Below, piece by piece: positions 37,603 through 46,563 of a stretch of 64,000 nt of DNA (position 1 is the first letter of the stretch; every line of letters starts with the position of its first letter). This DNA is from Candidatus Andersenbacteria bacterium RIFCSPHIGHO2_02_FULL_46_16 (lineage in GTDB: Bacteria > Patescibacteriota > Andersenbacteria > UBA10190): contig MHHQ01000009.1 in NCBI GenBank assembly GCA_001817065.1, positions 16,211 to 80,210 of the forward strand. Direction: 5' to 3'. Position numbers and translations under genes: made by a program. Under the pieces are notes generated by a model. It was not told the DNA's origin. It was given only the letters and a program-made list of their open reading frames with translations, and did not search any database.

Positions 37603-38466
37603 ATGAAACATTATCTGGACATGGTGCGTTATGTGCTGGAGAACGGGGAACGAAAGGTAAACCGGACAGGCGTGGCCACGCTGGCGTGTTTTGCTTATTT
37701 TTATAAAGTGGATTTACAGACTGGCTTTCCCTTGCTGACGACCAAAAAGATGTATTGGGATTCCTTGGTGCATGAGCTGTTCTGGTATTTGTCTGGAGAA
37801 GCGCACATTAGGAGCTTGCGGAAGAAAACGAAAATCTGGGATGCTTGGGCAGATGACGAGGGGAGACTGCAAACAGCCTATGGCCGGTTTTGGCGTAGGT
37901 TTCCGATGCCGGAGAAGGGGATGGAGGGAGAGAAGTGGGGGACTAAGTGGGTGACAAGAGATGAAGAAACTGGTCAAAAGACATTTGATCAGATCCAGTA
38001 TGTGATCGATTCATTGAAGGAAATAAGGGTGAATCCTGAGCATCCTAATTTGCGTCGGCTAGTAGTATCAGCTTGGCATCCGGGAAATGCGGCGGAAAGT
38101 CGGTTGCCGCCGTGTCATTATACTTTCTGCTTTAACGTAATGGGCGATAAACTAAATTGTCATCTGACGCAACGATCGTGTGATATTGCGCTGGGTGTAC
38201 CGTTTAACTTGGCTGGCTATGCACTGCTGACGATGATGATTGCTCAGGAAACAGGCTTTAAGGCAGGGGAATTTGCTCACTCTCTTTTGGACGCGCACAT
38301 TTATGAGAACCATATTGAGGGATTAAAAGAGCAATTGAAAAGAGAACCTAAGCGGCTGCCGCGGGTGGAGATAGCCAGTAAACCGTTTGATAGATTGTCA
38401 TTTGATGACGTGACGTTGCATGATTATGTGGCAGATGAAGTAATTAAGTTTCCGGTGGCAGTGTAG
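37603..38466 (+). CDS. thyA: Thymidylate synthase
   Basis: MKHYLDMVRYVLENGERKVNRTGV, LLTTKKMYW, FWYLSGE and PPCH motifs. Start reassigned to the ATG at 37603 (in frame with the ORF-track ORF). Confidence 0.9.
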   Translation: MKHYLDMVRYVLENGERKVNRTGVATLACFAYFYKVDLQTGFPLLTTKKMYWDSLVHELFWYLSGEAHIRSLRKKTKIWDAWADDEGRLQTAYGRFWRRFPMPEKGMEGEKWGTKWVTRDEETGQKTFDQIQYVIDSLKEIRVNPEHPNLRRLVVSAWHPGNAAESRLPPCHYTFCFNVMGDKLNCHLTQRSCDIALGVPFNLAGYALLTMMIAQETGFKAGEFAHSLLDAHIYENHIEGLKEQLKREPKRLPRVEIASKPFDRLSFDDVTLHDYVADEVIKFPVAV

Positions 38467-38591
38467 GGACGAAAGCACAAAACACAAATTACAAAACCCA
38501 AAGAAACTTAACAAACGTGACAAGCTTTGCAAACAAACGTTACAAACCGAGCAAACTAAATAAGAACTAATAAACAATAAAGAAAAGAGGA

Positions 38592-39173
38592 ATGAAAATA
38601 CATTTAATTGTGGCGATTACTGCGCAAGGAGTTATTGGAAATAAGAAAGGTTTACCCTGGCATATACCGGAGGATTTAAAACAATTCAAGAAGATAACGT
38701 CCGGCAACACTATCTTAATGGGACGACGGACTTATGAAACAATCGGACGGCCATTGCCAAACAAGGAGAACCTTGTACTAGATGCCGAAAAGAAGCCAAT
38801 AGCCGGAGCCACGGTTTGCGGTTCTATAGATGAAGCTCTGACTTGGGCGGAAAAGCAAGGGAAGGAATTATATGTGATAGGCGGGGCTAGTGTGTATGCG
38901 CAAATGTTACCGATGGTTGAGGTGATGCATATATCGCACGTAAAGAAAGATTATCCTGGGGATGTTTATTTTCCTGAGTATGATAAATCCAAGTGGCAGG
39001 AAATCAAACGGGAAGAATATGATGAGTTCACGGCCATAACATATCGCAGAAACTCCAAATTATCTCCCAAGTATCCCCTAGGGACAAAACGCAAGAATTT
39101 TATAGCGAGTTTGAAATCCGAAAGCTTAAAATCCTCCCTAAAAGGGATCCCTTCGGGAGAAACAAATCAGTAA
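38592..39173 (+). CDS. folA: Dihydrofolate reductase (with C-terminal extension)
   Basis: IVAITAQGVIGNKKGLPWHIPEDLKQFKKITSGNTILMGRRTYETIG, classical DHFR N-terminus. 193 aa. Confidence 0.85.
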   Translation: MKIHLIVAITAQGVIGNKKGLPWHIPEDLKQFKKITSGNTILMGRRTYETIGRPLPNKENLVLDAEKKPIAGATVCGSIDEALTWAEKQGKELYVIGGASVYAQMLPMVEVMHISHVKKDYPGDVYFPEYDKSKWQEIKREEYDEFTAITYRRNSKLSPKYPLGTKRKNFIASLKSESLKSSLKGIPSGETNQ

Positions 39174-39279
39174 GTTTAAAAACTTTATAAACCTTAACAA
39201 AACGATAACAAACTTAACACACAGATGGGATAAACTGATAAATATTTTCAATTTTTGAATTTACTTTTAATTTTATTTT

Positions 39280-40665
39280 ATGCTTAAACAATCAGATCCA
39301 GAGGTGTATGCCATTTTGAAGAAAGAAGAAAAGAGGCAGCAGGACAAGTTGTCGTTGATTGCTTCAGAAAATTGTTTTTCGCCAAGTGTCCGGGAAGCAG
39401 TGGGGTCTGTTTTTAGTCATAAGTATTCGGAGGGTAATGTCGGAGAGCGATATTACGAGGGGAATGAAAATATTGATCAATTGGAGCAGTTGGCAATTGA
39501 TCGAGCCTGTCAATTGTTTAAAGTGCCAAAAGATTGGACAGCGAATGTGCAAGCGTTGTCAGGCAGCAACGCTAATTTAGCCGTGTACTTGGCGCTGATG
39601 GAGGCAGGGGACACTTTAATGTCGATGTACTTGCCGGATGGCGGTCATCTATCACATGGATGGTCTTTCGAGCCGGATGAGAGCAAGCGAAAGGCCGATT
39701 TAGTGTCGGGCAGCTTAGTGTATTTGGGGGGCAAACGGAAGGTGCATCTGACATCGCGGCTGTATAAAGTAGTGCAATACAAGACTGAGCCGCAAACAAA
39801 GCTTTTTAATTATGATGAAGTGGAGAAGATAGCCGTGAAATATAAGCCGCGATTAATTATTACGGGAGGGACGGCATACCCGCGTAATATTGATTACAGG
39901 CGGATGCGCGAGGTTGCCGACAGAGTAGGTGCTTTATATTTAGCGGATATCGCCCATGAAGCGGGACTGGTGGCAGGAAGGGCGGTACGGTCGCCGGTCG
40001 GGGTGGCTGATGTGGTGACTATGACTACGCATAAAACACTACGAGCAGGCCGGGGAGCGATTATTCTCGCTGACAAAGGATTAATTGGCAAGATTAATCG
40101 CGGGTTACTGCCTGGCTTACAAGGTGGACCGCATAACCACAATATTGCTGGTATTACTGTGGGATTAGGAGAGGCGCTGCGCCCGGAATTTACCAAGTAT
40201 GCCCAGCAAGTTGTTAAGAATGCGAAGCATTTAGCCAAGGCGTTGGAGAAGCAGGGCTTTAAGATTGTGACAAAAGGGACGGATAAACACTTGTTATTGG
40301 TTGACCTGAATGATCAGCCGATATTAGGTAAAAATTTTGCTTTTATTCTAGACGAGGCAGGGTTAGTGACTAATGCGACTACTTTACCATGGGATAGTTC
40401 CCCGCCGCGGAATCCGGCTGGTCTAAGGTTAGGGACGCCATGGGTAACCACGAGAGGTATGAAAGAAAAAGAGATGGATATTATTGCCAGCTGGATCAAG
40501 CAGGTGATGAATATTGCAAGCTCGTGGTCAAAGTTAACTAGCCAAGAGTTAGAAGAGAAAGCGGGAGCGTCAATGGAGTTAAAAAATATTGCGCGGGCGG
40601 TTAGCAAATTAGGACGTAATTTTATGGATTTTCCCAAGAAAGGAATGGTAGCAAGGGCTATATAA
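39280..40665 (+). CDS. glyA: Serine hydroxymethyltransferase
   Basis: LIASENCFSPSVREAVGSVFSHKYSEG and the PLP-lysine region TTHKTLRAGRGAIIL. Confidence 0.9.
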   Translation: MLKQSDPEVYAILKKEEKRQQDKLSLIASENCFSPSVREAVGSVFSHKYSEGNVGERYYEGNENIDQLEQLAIDRACQLFKVPKDWTANVQALSGSNANLAVYLALMEAGDTLMSMYLPDGGHLSHGWSFEPDESKRKADLVSGSLVYLGGKRKVHLTSRLYKVVQYKTEPQTKLFNYDEVEKIAVKYKPRLIITGGTAYPRNIDYRRMREVADRVGALYLADIAHEAGLVAGRAVRSPVGVADVVTMTTHKTLRAGRGAIILADKGLIGKINRGLLPGLQGGPHNHNIAGITVGLGEALRPEFTKYAQQVVKNAKHLAKALEKQGFKIVTKGTDKHLLLVDLNDQPILGKNFAFILDEAGLVTNATTLPWDSSPPRNPAGLRLGTPWVTTRGMKEKEMDIIASWIKQVMNIASSWSKLTSQELEEKAGASMELKNIARAVSKLGRNFMDFPKKGMVARAI

Positions 40666-40784
40666 GGGGTAAAAGGTGACTAATTGTAGAAATTAGTAAT
40701 ATACTTACCATATGGTCTTGATAGTGCAATTAGATATTGTTTCAGACGAAATTTGGAGACAGTCGGTGAAAATTATGGAGGGGG

Positions 40785-41048
40785 GTGATTGTCGTGGATA
40801 ACAAGAGTCTTAGTTTATGGGCAGCAGTCTTACTGCTTGTGGGTGGTTTGGTGCATTTGATACCGGGACTGTATTCCGGTTTGACTGGTTTGACAGGAGG
40901 TTTCCCGTGGATTCAGGTCGTGGTAGGTATTTTGTCGGTGATTGTGGCTTTAGTCATGTTTGCAGGCGACAAGCAGGATGGTAATGAGACTACAAAAAAC
41001 GAACCAGAGAAGCCGCCAGTTGACAATAATATAAAAGTTAATGGATAA
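40785..41048 (+). CDS. Small two-TM membrane protein, hypothetical
   Basis: 87 aa, two hydrophobic helices, polar tail. Confidence 0.35.
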   Translation: MIVVDNKSLSLWAAVLLLVGGLVHLIPGLYSGLTGLTGGFPWIQVVVGILSVIVALVMFAGDKQDGNETTKNEPEKPPVDNNIKVNG

Positions 41049-41139
41049 AACTGCCGGTTGAGATATGGGGGGGGCTGTTCTTCCTGGGAGATTGAATTAT
41101 CAGTACCTGTTTTCAAAGGTATTGATTTTTCTATCCTAG

Positions 41140-41265
41140 CGAGAGCTCCACGGGCGTAAGCCCGTGGGTGAGAGCCGTTCCGACAGCAGTCGGACAGGCA
41201 ACACCTGCTCCGTTGTGGTTAGAACCACGGGCGTAAGCGCGTGGGTGTCTATAGGTGAGTTATAA
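41140..41265 (+). repeat. Tandem-hairpin structured element
   Basis: Two near-identical hairpins (ccacgggcgtaagcccgtggg and ccacgggcgtaagcgcgtggg) ~60 nt apart, flanked by ctatcctag/ctatagg. Confidence 0.3.
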
Positions 41266-41806
41266 AAATTTTGCTGGACAAACGAAATCTATGGGAACTT
41301 ACGGTGCTGGTTGGTGTTACGGTGTTGGCAAAGGATGTGGGGAAGGCACAGAACAAAAGGGATGGAAAAGAAAACCCCCGTGACAAATTGTCATAACGGG
41401 GAAAGAGAGCAAGGTAGACAAGTATTTTGTCTAGGGAAGGAAGATCAATAGTTTTCGGACAAAATTTTTTGAGCCTCTAGACTAAGTAGTCGGCTGTTGT
41501 GTGGGCCTGGGCCGTAAGTAGGTTCACCGAATAACCCGATATGATGGTTCGCGCATGATTGAAGGTGAACGGGAAAAGTACGAAGAGGTATTGGTTGGTT
41601 ACAGATGTTGCACGTTTGAGTTTTGTCGTCCTCACTATTGTTGCACATGAGATTCTTCCTCGAAGTTGGTGAAGGAACCATCAAGCTAAGTAAATTGTTA
41701 TTAGTGTAGCGATTAGAAAGTGACGTGTCAAAGAGGAGTGGTGGAGTGGTGGAGAAAAGTGATGTTACGCAGTGAGCGGCAATGATTTGGTAGGTGAAAA
41801 CAATTT

Positions 41807-41995
41807 TACTAAGGCGCCATCCAAAAATAACTTGGCCAGATCTCGTTCAATATGCGTCGAGATACGGCTTTTCCAATTGAGCGAACCAGGAGCCGTAGCC
41901 AAGCTACGGTGAGTGGTTCGCGATTGAAGAAAAGTCGTAGATTGGCGCATAGTGGGCGAGAGATGGTTAAGTTATTTACGGATGGTGACTAAGGC
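41807..41995 (+). mobile_element. MITE family 3 copy with 8-bp target-site duplication
   Basis: Direct repeat ACTAAGGC at 41807-41814 and 41988-41995. Imperfect ~22-bp TIRs (gccatccaaaaataacttggcc / ggttaagttatttacggatggtg). Structured core (gcgaacca-ccgtagccaagctacgg-tggttcgc). Confidence 0.55.
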
Positions 41996-42037
41996 TGATT
42001 ATAATTTTATTGATATTACGGTATGCTAGGTTAGAAG

Positions 42038-42640
42038 ATGGCTAAGTTATCAAAATTTGAGCAGTGGTGGCTGAACGCTTGGCCGCACCGATTACATGTC
42101 CGGAGATTTGTACCAAAGTTTTTACGGGCGTGCCCGGAGCCTTTTCGAGGAGAAGTTTTGGAAGTGGGGGCGGGCAGCGGTTGGTCCTCCAGAATGATTT
42201 TAGATACTTTTCCACAAGTCGAATTGACTGCCTCTGATGTTGACCCAAAAACAAAGAGCAAATTTGAGCGTATACGGAGCAAGTACGGGCAGCGGTTGAT
42301 TTTCAAGCAAGCGGACTTAATGAGCTTACCCTTTGATCGAGAGTCATATGACCTCGTCTTGGCTATTCATGTGCTCCATTACGCCTTCGATTTACGAGGG
42401 GCAATTAGACAGTTTATTCGAGTATTGCGACCAGGCGGTTTGCTGGGTATTGGTGATTTTAATCCTAAGTATCAGCGCGGTATATTAAAAAAATTCTTTC
42501 CTACATCGTCTCTGCCCTGGCGCAAGATGATGACGGATATGTTGGTAGAGGAAGGTTGTGAAATCTTGGTGTCGCAAGGTGAATTACATTATTACATTTG
42601 GGCGCGAAAGCCATACCCGATAGAACCAAAGCGTGATTAG
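42038..42640 (+). CDS. Class I SAM-dependent methyltransferase
   Basis: VLEVGAGSGW motif I. 200 aa. Confidence 0.7.
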   Translation: MAKLSKFEQWWLNAWPHRLHVRRFVPKFLRACPEPFRGEVLEVGAGSGWSSRMILDTFPQVELTASDVDPKTKSKFERIRSKYGQRLIFKQADLMSLPFDRESYDLVLAIHVLHYAFDLRGAIRQFIRVLRPGGLLGIGDFNPKYQRGILKKFFPTSSLPWRKMMTDMLVEEGCEILVSQGELHYYIWARKPYPIEPKRD

Positions 42641-42651
42641 GGAACAGAGTA

Positions 42652-42987
42652 ATGAAGTTAATCAAAAGATCAGAACTTGAGTGCGAACCCATCTCGCATA
42701 ACCCTGAGTTATTAAAGACGGTTTGGATAAGAAAGGGGATAATACGGCATTTAACTTTCCTGTCAGAAACAGAGATCCCGGCAGGAAAAATTGTGGCTTC
42801 CCATTCACATACAGATATGACTGAAGTATTCATTGTTACTTCAGGAATAGGATCATTTCAGGTCAATAAAAGTACGTATAATATTAGGGCAGGTATTAGT
42901 GTGGTGATAGAGCCGGGTGAGACACATACGATTGAAAATACCGGGCGGGACCCATTAAAGATGACCTATTTTGGCATTGCTTATTAG
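42652..42987 (+). CDS. Cupin-domain protein
   Basis: HSHTDMTEVFIVTSG...GETHTIENTG, the two-motif cupin pattern. 111 aa. Confidence 0.65.
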   Translation: MKLIKRSELECEPISHNPELLKTVWIRKGIIRHLTFLSETEIPAGKIVASHSHTDMTEVFIVTSGIGSFQVNKSTYNIRAGISVVIEPGETHTIENTGRDPLKMTYFGIAY

Positions 42988-43114
42988 CTGAGTGAGGGCC
43001 AGTAAGTGTTGCGGCAGGTTTGGTATAATCGGTCTGTTTTGGTATTTACGGGCAACAAAACACAACAAAACACGCTATTGACTATGGCGATCGCTTGTCG
43101 CATGCTGCTAAGTT

Positions 43115-44626
43115 ATGGCAATCGCATATAAAATAAGTTCTGTACGGCCGGTCAAGGCAGAAGTTGAGGTGTTAGCAATACCGCGGCAAGACGTAAAGTC
43201 ACAATGGGTGGGGTGGCCGAAGAAAGCGGTTGATAAATTAAAGAAAGAATTGCGTCGCCGCGGGTGGCAAGCACAATGGAGCCAAGTAGAAATTCTAGCT
43301 GAGGCAAAAGTAGGTCGCGCGACGCTTTTGGCCATGATTGGTTTAGGCCAGAATGAGAATAGCGCGCGACAACAGGAAGCCTTGCGACGCGGTATGGCCA
43401 GTGTGGTTAGTGAAGCAGGCCGGCTGGGTTTAAGAACAGTAGGGATTGATTTGTTGAGTAATAGTCTGGGGGCAGACATGGCAGCAGCAGCGGTAGAAGG
43501 AATAGAAATGGTTAGTTATGGTTTTACTGCCTATTCACGTAAGCTTGCTAAAAAACAGAAGAAAAGTAGTATCAACCAAGTAGTGCTGTTGTGTCGCGAG
43601 GAACAAGCAATGGCGGTGCGTCGAGCAGTTCAGCAGACCAAGCAGTTAATGAAAGGAGTGGAGTTAGCTAGGGATCTGGTTAATAAACCGGCCGGGGATA
43701 TGTCGCCAGTCAAATTGGCTAAGGAGGCGCAAGGGATAGCGAGGAGGTCTAAACTGATTAATGTTAATATCTTAAACCGTGAACAAGCACGGCGGGAAAA
43801 GTTCAACGCCTTTTTGGCTGTGGCGGGTGGGTCGGCCGAAGAGCCTTGTGTTATTCACCTCAAATATGTACCGATCGCCGGAAACAATAAGAGAAAGAAA
43901 TTATGGGTAGTAGGCAAAGGAGTTACTTTTGATTCCGGAGGTTTGAGTATTAAACCGGCGGAGCATATGGAGTTGATGAAAAGCGATATGGCTGGGGCGG
44001 CAGCAGTGTTAGGTTTATTTGCGGTATTGGAACGAATGGCGTTGGATGTGGAAGTTCATGGCTTGATAGCGGCCTGTGAAAATATGCCTTCTGGCACGGC
44101 TTATCGTCCGGGTGATGTCTTAACCGCCTTGAATGGAAAAACAATTGAGGTATTAAATACGGATGCGGAAGGGCGAATTACGTTGGCAGATGCGTTATCT
44201 TTTGCAGCGAAGAGTGAACCAAACGCCATTATCGATCTGGCCACATTAACTGGGGCCTGTCTGGTAGCATTGGGGGAAACGGTGGCTGGGTTATGGAGCA
44301 ATAATGAGGAATTAAAGCAAAAAGTAGTGCAAGCAGCCAACCAAACGGGGGAGAGAGTAGAAACAATGCCTATGCCTGAGGAGTATGAAAGTAAGCTAGA
44401 TAGTCCCATTGCTGATATGCAGAATATACCCAGTTCTCGCTATGGTGGGGCTATATCTGCCGCGATGTTCTTACGTGAATTTGTCGGAGATGTGCCGTGG
44501 GCACATTTGGATATTGCTGGTCCATCGTATGTGGAGCAGCGGTATTTGACTTATTGGAATCGAGGGGCCACTGGTTATGGTGTCAGGTTATTAGTGCGCC
44601 TGTTGGAGGATATTGCGGCGAAGTAA
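43115..44626 (+). CDS. pepA: Leucyl aminopeptidase (M17 family)
   Basis: NTDAEGRITLADAL signature and the VGKGVTFDSGG metal-site region. Confidence 0.85.
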   Translation: MAIAYKISSVRPVKAEVEVLAIPRQDVKSQWVGWPKKAVDKLKKELRRRGWQAQWSQVEILAEAKVGRATLLAMIGLGQNENSARQQEALRRGMASVVSEAGRLGLRTVGIDLLSNSLGADMAAAAVEGIEMVSYGFTAYSRKLAKKQKKSSINQVVLLCREEQAMAVRRAVQQTKQLMKGVELARDLVNKPAGDMSPVKLAKEAQGIARRSKLINVNILNREQARREKFNAFLAVAGGSAEEPCVIHLKYVPIAGNNKRKKLWVVGKGVTFDSGGLSIKPAEHMELMKSDMAGAAAVLGLFAVLERMALDVEVHGLIAACENMPSGTAYRPGDVLTALNGKTIEVLNTDAEGRITLADALSFAAKSEPNAIIDLATLTGACLVALGETVAGLWSNNEELKQKVVQAANQTGERVETMPMPEEYESKLDSPIADMQNIPSSRYGGAISAAMFLREFVGDVPWAHLDIAGPSYVEQRYLTYWNRGATGYGVRLLVRLLEDIAAK

Positions 44627-44642
44627 GAGGGAATGTGTATGA

Positions 44643-45452
44643 TTAGGCTGATTTAATCAGAGGGCGTAATAACAAAGAGATTATAAATAGAACGGAACCG
44701 ACTAATACCACCGTGGGGCCGGAAGGGGTGTTTAGAGTGGCGCTGAGAAACAAGCCAAAAACCATGGAGATTAAGGAAAGCGCGACACTTCCTGTGAACA
44801 TGCTAGTGAGCGAGCGGGTAAGGTTTTGTGCCGTGGCGGCGGGAATAACCAGTAAAGCGGTTACTAACACAACGCCGACTAATTTGATAGCTAAGGCTAT
44901 AAGTCCTGCCAGCAATAACATAAAGAGCAGTTCGTAGGTCTTGACGTTGATGCCTTCCGCTTGGGCCAGGTTAGCGTCAAAAGTAATGGCAATAAAATGT
45001 TTGCCAGAAAAAATAATAATAATTAGAGCGATCAGAGAAACCGCTACCGTAAGGTAAATATCGAACTGGCTTACAGCTAAAATGTCGCCAAACAAAAAGC
45101 TGATTAGATCGGATTGGTATCCGGGGGTAAGTTGCACCAGGATAACACCGAGCGCAACCGAACTTGAGAAAAGGACGCCTAATAAGGTGTCGAGTGGCAA
45201 CTTAGTATGACTGGCGGCGAGAGAGATGCCGATAGCAATGACTAGAGTGAAGATTAAGGCACTTAAGTAGGGATTGATATGAAGCAAAAGACCCAAGGCG
45301 ATGCCGGTCAAGGCTGCGTGGCCAATCGCGTCAGAGAAAAAAGACATACGTCTTAAGACAACAAAAACACCAACAATAGCCATCAAGACGCCGAGAATAA
45401 CACCGATGATTAAGGCTCGTTGGAAGAAGGGGAGGAGAAGTAGGTCAAGCAT
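44643..45452 (-). CDS. Metal ABC transporter permease (ZnuB/TroC-like)
   Basis: 8-TM permease of the ABC-3 family. Same strand as the ATPase at 45780-46526. Confidence 0.75.
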   Translation of the reverse strand: MLDLLLLPFFQRALIIGVILGVLMAIVGVFVVLRRMSFFSDAIGHAALTGIALGLLLHINPYLSALIFTLVIAIGISLAASHTKLPLDTLLGVLFSSSVALGVILVQLTPGYQSDLISFLFGDILAVSQFDIYLTVAVSLIALIIIIFSGKHFIAITFDANLAQAEGINVKTYELLFMLLLAGLIALAIKLVGVVLVTALLVIPAATAQNLTRSLTSMFTGSVALSLISMVFGLFLSATLNTPSGPTVVLVGSVLFIISLLLRPLIKSA

Positions 45453-45592
45453 GAGTTAAATTATAACGTAAATAAAAATAGAAAATAATCCGTACTTGGA
45501 GAACGATGGGATCAACATAGGCCCCATGAAGACACTCGGCGATGTGTCTTCATTTGTTGGTAGGATGATTTGGAATTTGGTTTTTGACATGG

Positions 45593-45779
45593 GGATTTAG
45601 GCACCGCAACGAAATAATTTCTTAAGGTTTCGTTCAAGATGTGTCCAGCTATGGCTTTTTCGATTGAGCGAAATACGAGGCGTAGCCAAGCTACGGTGAG
45701 TATTTCGTGATTGAGAAAAAGTCATAGATGGGTGCAGATTGGGCGAAAGGTGGGAAATTATTTTGTGGCGGTGCCTTAG
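45593..45779 (+). mobile_element. MITE family 3 copy (diverged) between the metal-ABC ATPase and permease genes
   Basis: TIRs ggcaccgcaacgaaataatttc / gaaattattttgtggcggtgcc. Core (gagcgaaatacgaggcgtagccaagctacggtgag) homologous to the 41807 copy. Short TTAG repeats flank it. Confidence 0.5.
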
Positions 45780-46526
45780 TTAACGATGGTCATGCAGGAA
45801 GTGTCCTACTTCCGTACCATACATACGCTGCAGGGTTTCGTTAGTCAGGACTTTGTGGGGAGCACCGGCGCAAAGCAGTCTTCTGTTTAAACAGAGTACT
45901 TGGTCGGCATAATTCATAACGATTTGCAGCTCATGACTGATGAGAACCATGGTTAATTTCTCTTCATGTTGGATGCGAGAGAGGAGGGTATAGATGGTGT
46001 CTTGTCCTTCGGCATCAATGCCGGCAGCTGGTTCATCCAGAAGAAGTACTTTAGGATGGTCCATTAGACTGTAAGCGAGAATAATACGCTGCAGCTGACC
46101 GCCTGATAAAACACTAAGTCGACTGTTGATCAAGTGCCTAGTATTAGTTTTTGCAAGGAGGTCGTGCATATGTCGTTTTTCGATGGGGCTTAAACCCAGG
46201 GGGCGTGGTGATTTTAGAGAAAAGAGACCGGCTACAGTCAATGGGAACTGGTGGTCAATGTTGATGTATTGAGGGATATAGGAAACTAAGGGAGCGATTT
46301 TGTGATATTGGTCATGGTTGGTATCCATTATTTCGACCGTCCCGCTTTGTTTAGGCAACAGATTTAAGATGCATTTGATCAGAACGGATTTGCCGGCACC
46401 ATTAGGTCCAATAATAGCGGTAACTGAGCCAATGGGCACTTGAAAAGATATACCATCGATAATGCGGTGTTTGTCCAGCTCCACAACTAAGTTTTGCACA
46501 TTTAACGCCAGGGTCGGGGTGGTCAT
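45780..46526 (-). CDS. Metal ABC transporter ATP-binding protein (ZnuC-like)
   Basis: Walker A GPNGAGKSVL, signature LSGGQLQR, Walker B LLLDEP. 248 aa. Confidence 0.85.
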   Translation of the reverse strand: MTTPTLALNVQNLVVELDKHRIIDGISFQVPIGSVTAIIGPNGAGKSVLIKCILNLLPKQSGTVEIMDTNHDQYHKIAPLVSYIPQYINIDHQFPLTVAGLFSLKSPRPLGLSPIEKRHMHDLLAKTNTRHLINSRLSVLSGGQLQRIILAYSLMDHPKVLLLDEPAAGIDAEGQDTIYTLLSRIQHEEKLTMVLISHELQIVMNYADQVLCLNRRLLCAGAPHKVLTNETLQRMYGTEVGHFLHDHR

Positions 46527-46563
46527 AAAAAATAATTGTTATTCTTTATGTTACACTAAGGTG

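Noticed and set aside
41445-41684. ORF 41445..41684 (-), 79 aa Cys-containing
   Set aside because: No RBS and no homology. It lies in a repeat-rich non-coding interval.
41765-41950. ORF-track ORFs 41765..41950 (-) and 60145..60333 (-) spanning MITE family 3 copies
   Set aside because: They run through the TIRs and the structured core. The two elements are in opposite orientations, so the two 'proteins' are unrelated translations of the same repeat. Judged spurious.
45490-45520. 10-bp inverted repeat atgaagacac-N8-gtgtcttcat between the ZnuB-like and ZnuC-like genes (a Zur-box-like operator was considered)
   Set aside because: It is not AT-rich or Zur-box-like, and lies inside the operon rather than at the promoter. 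More likely an incidental hairpin adjacent to the MITE.
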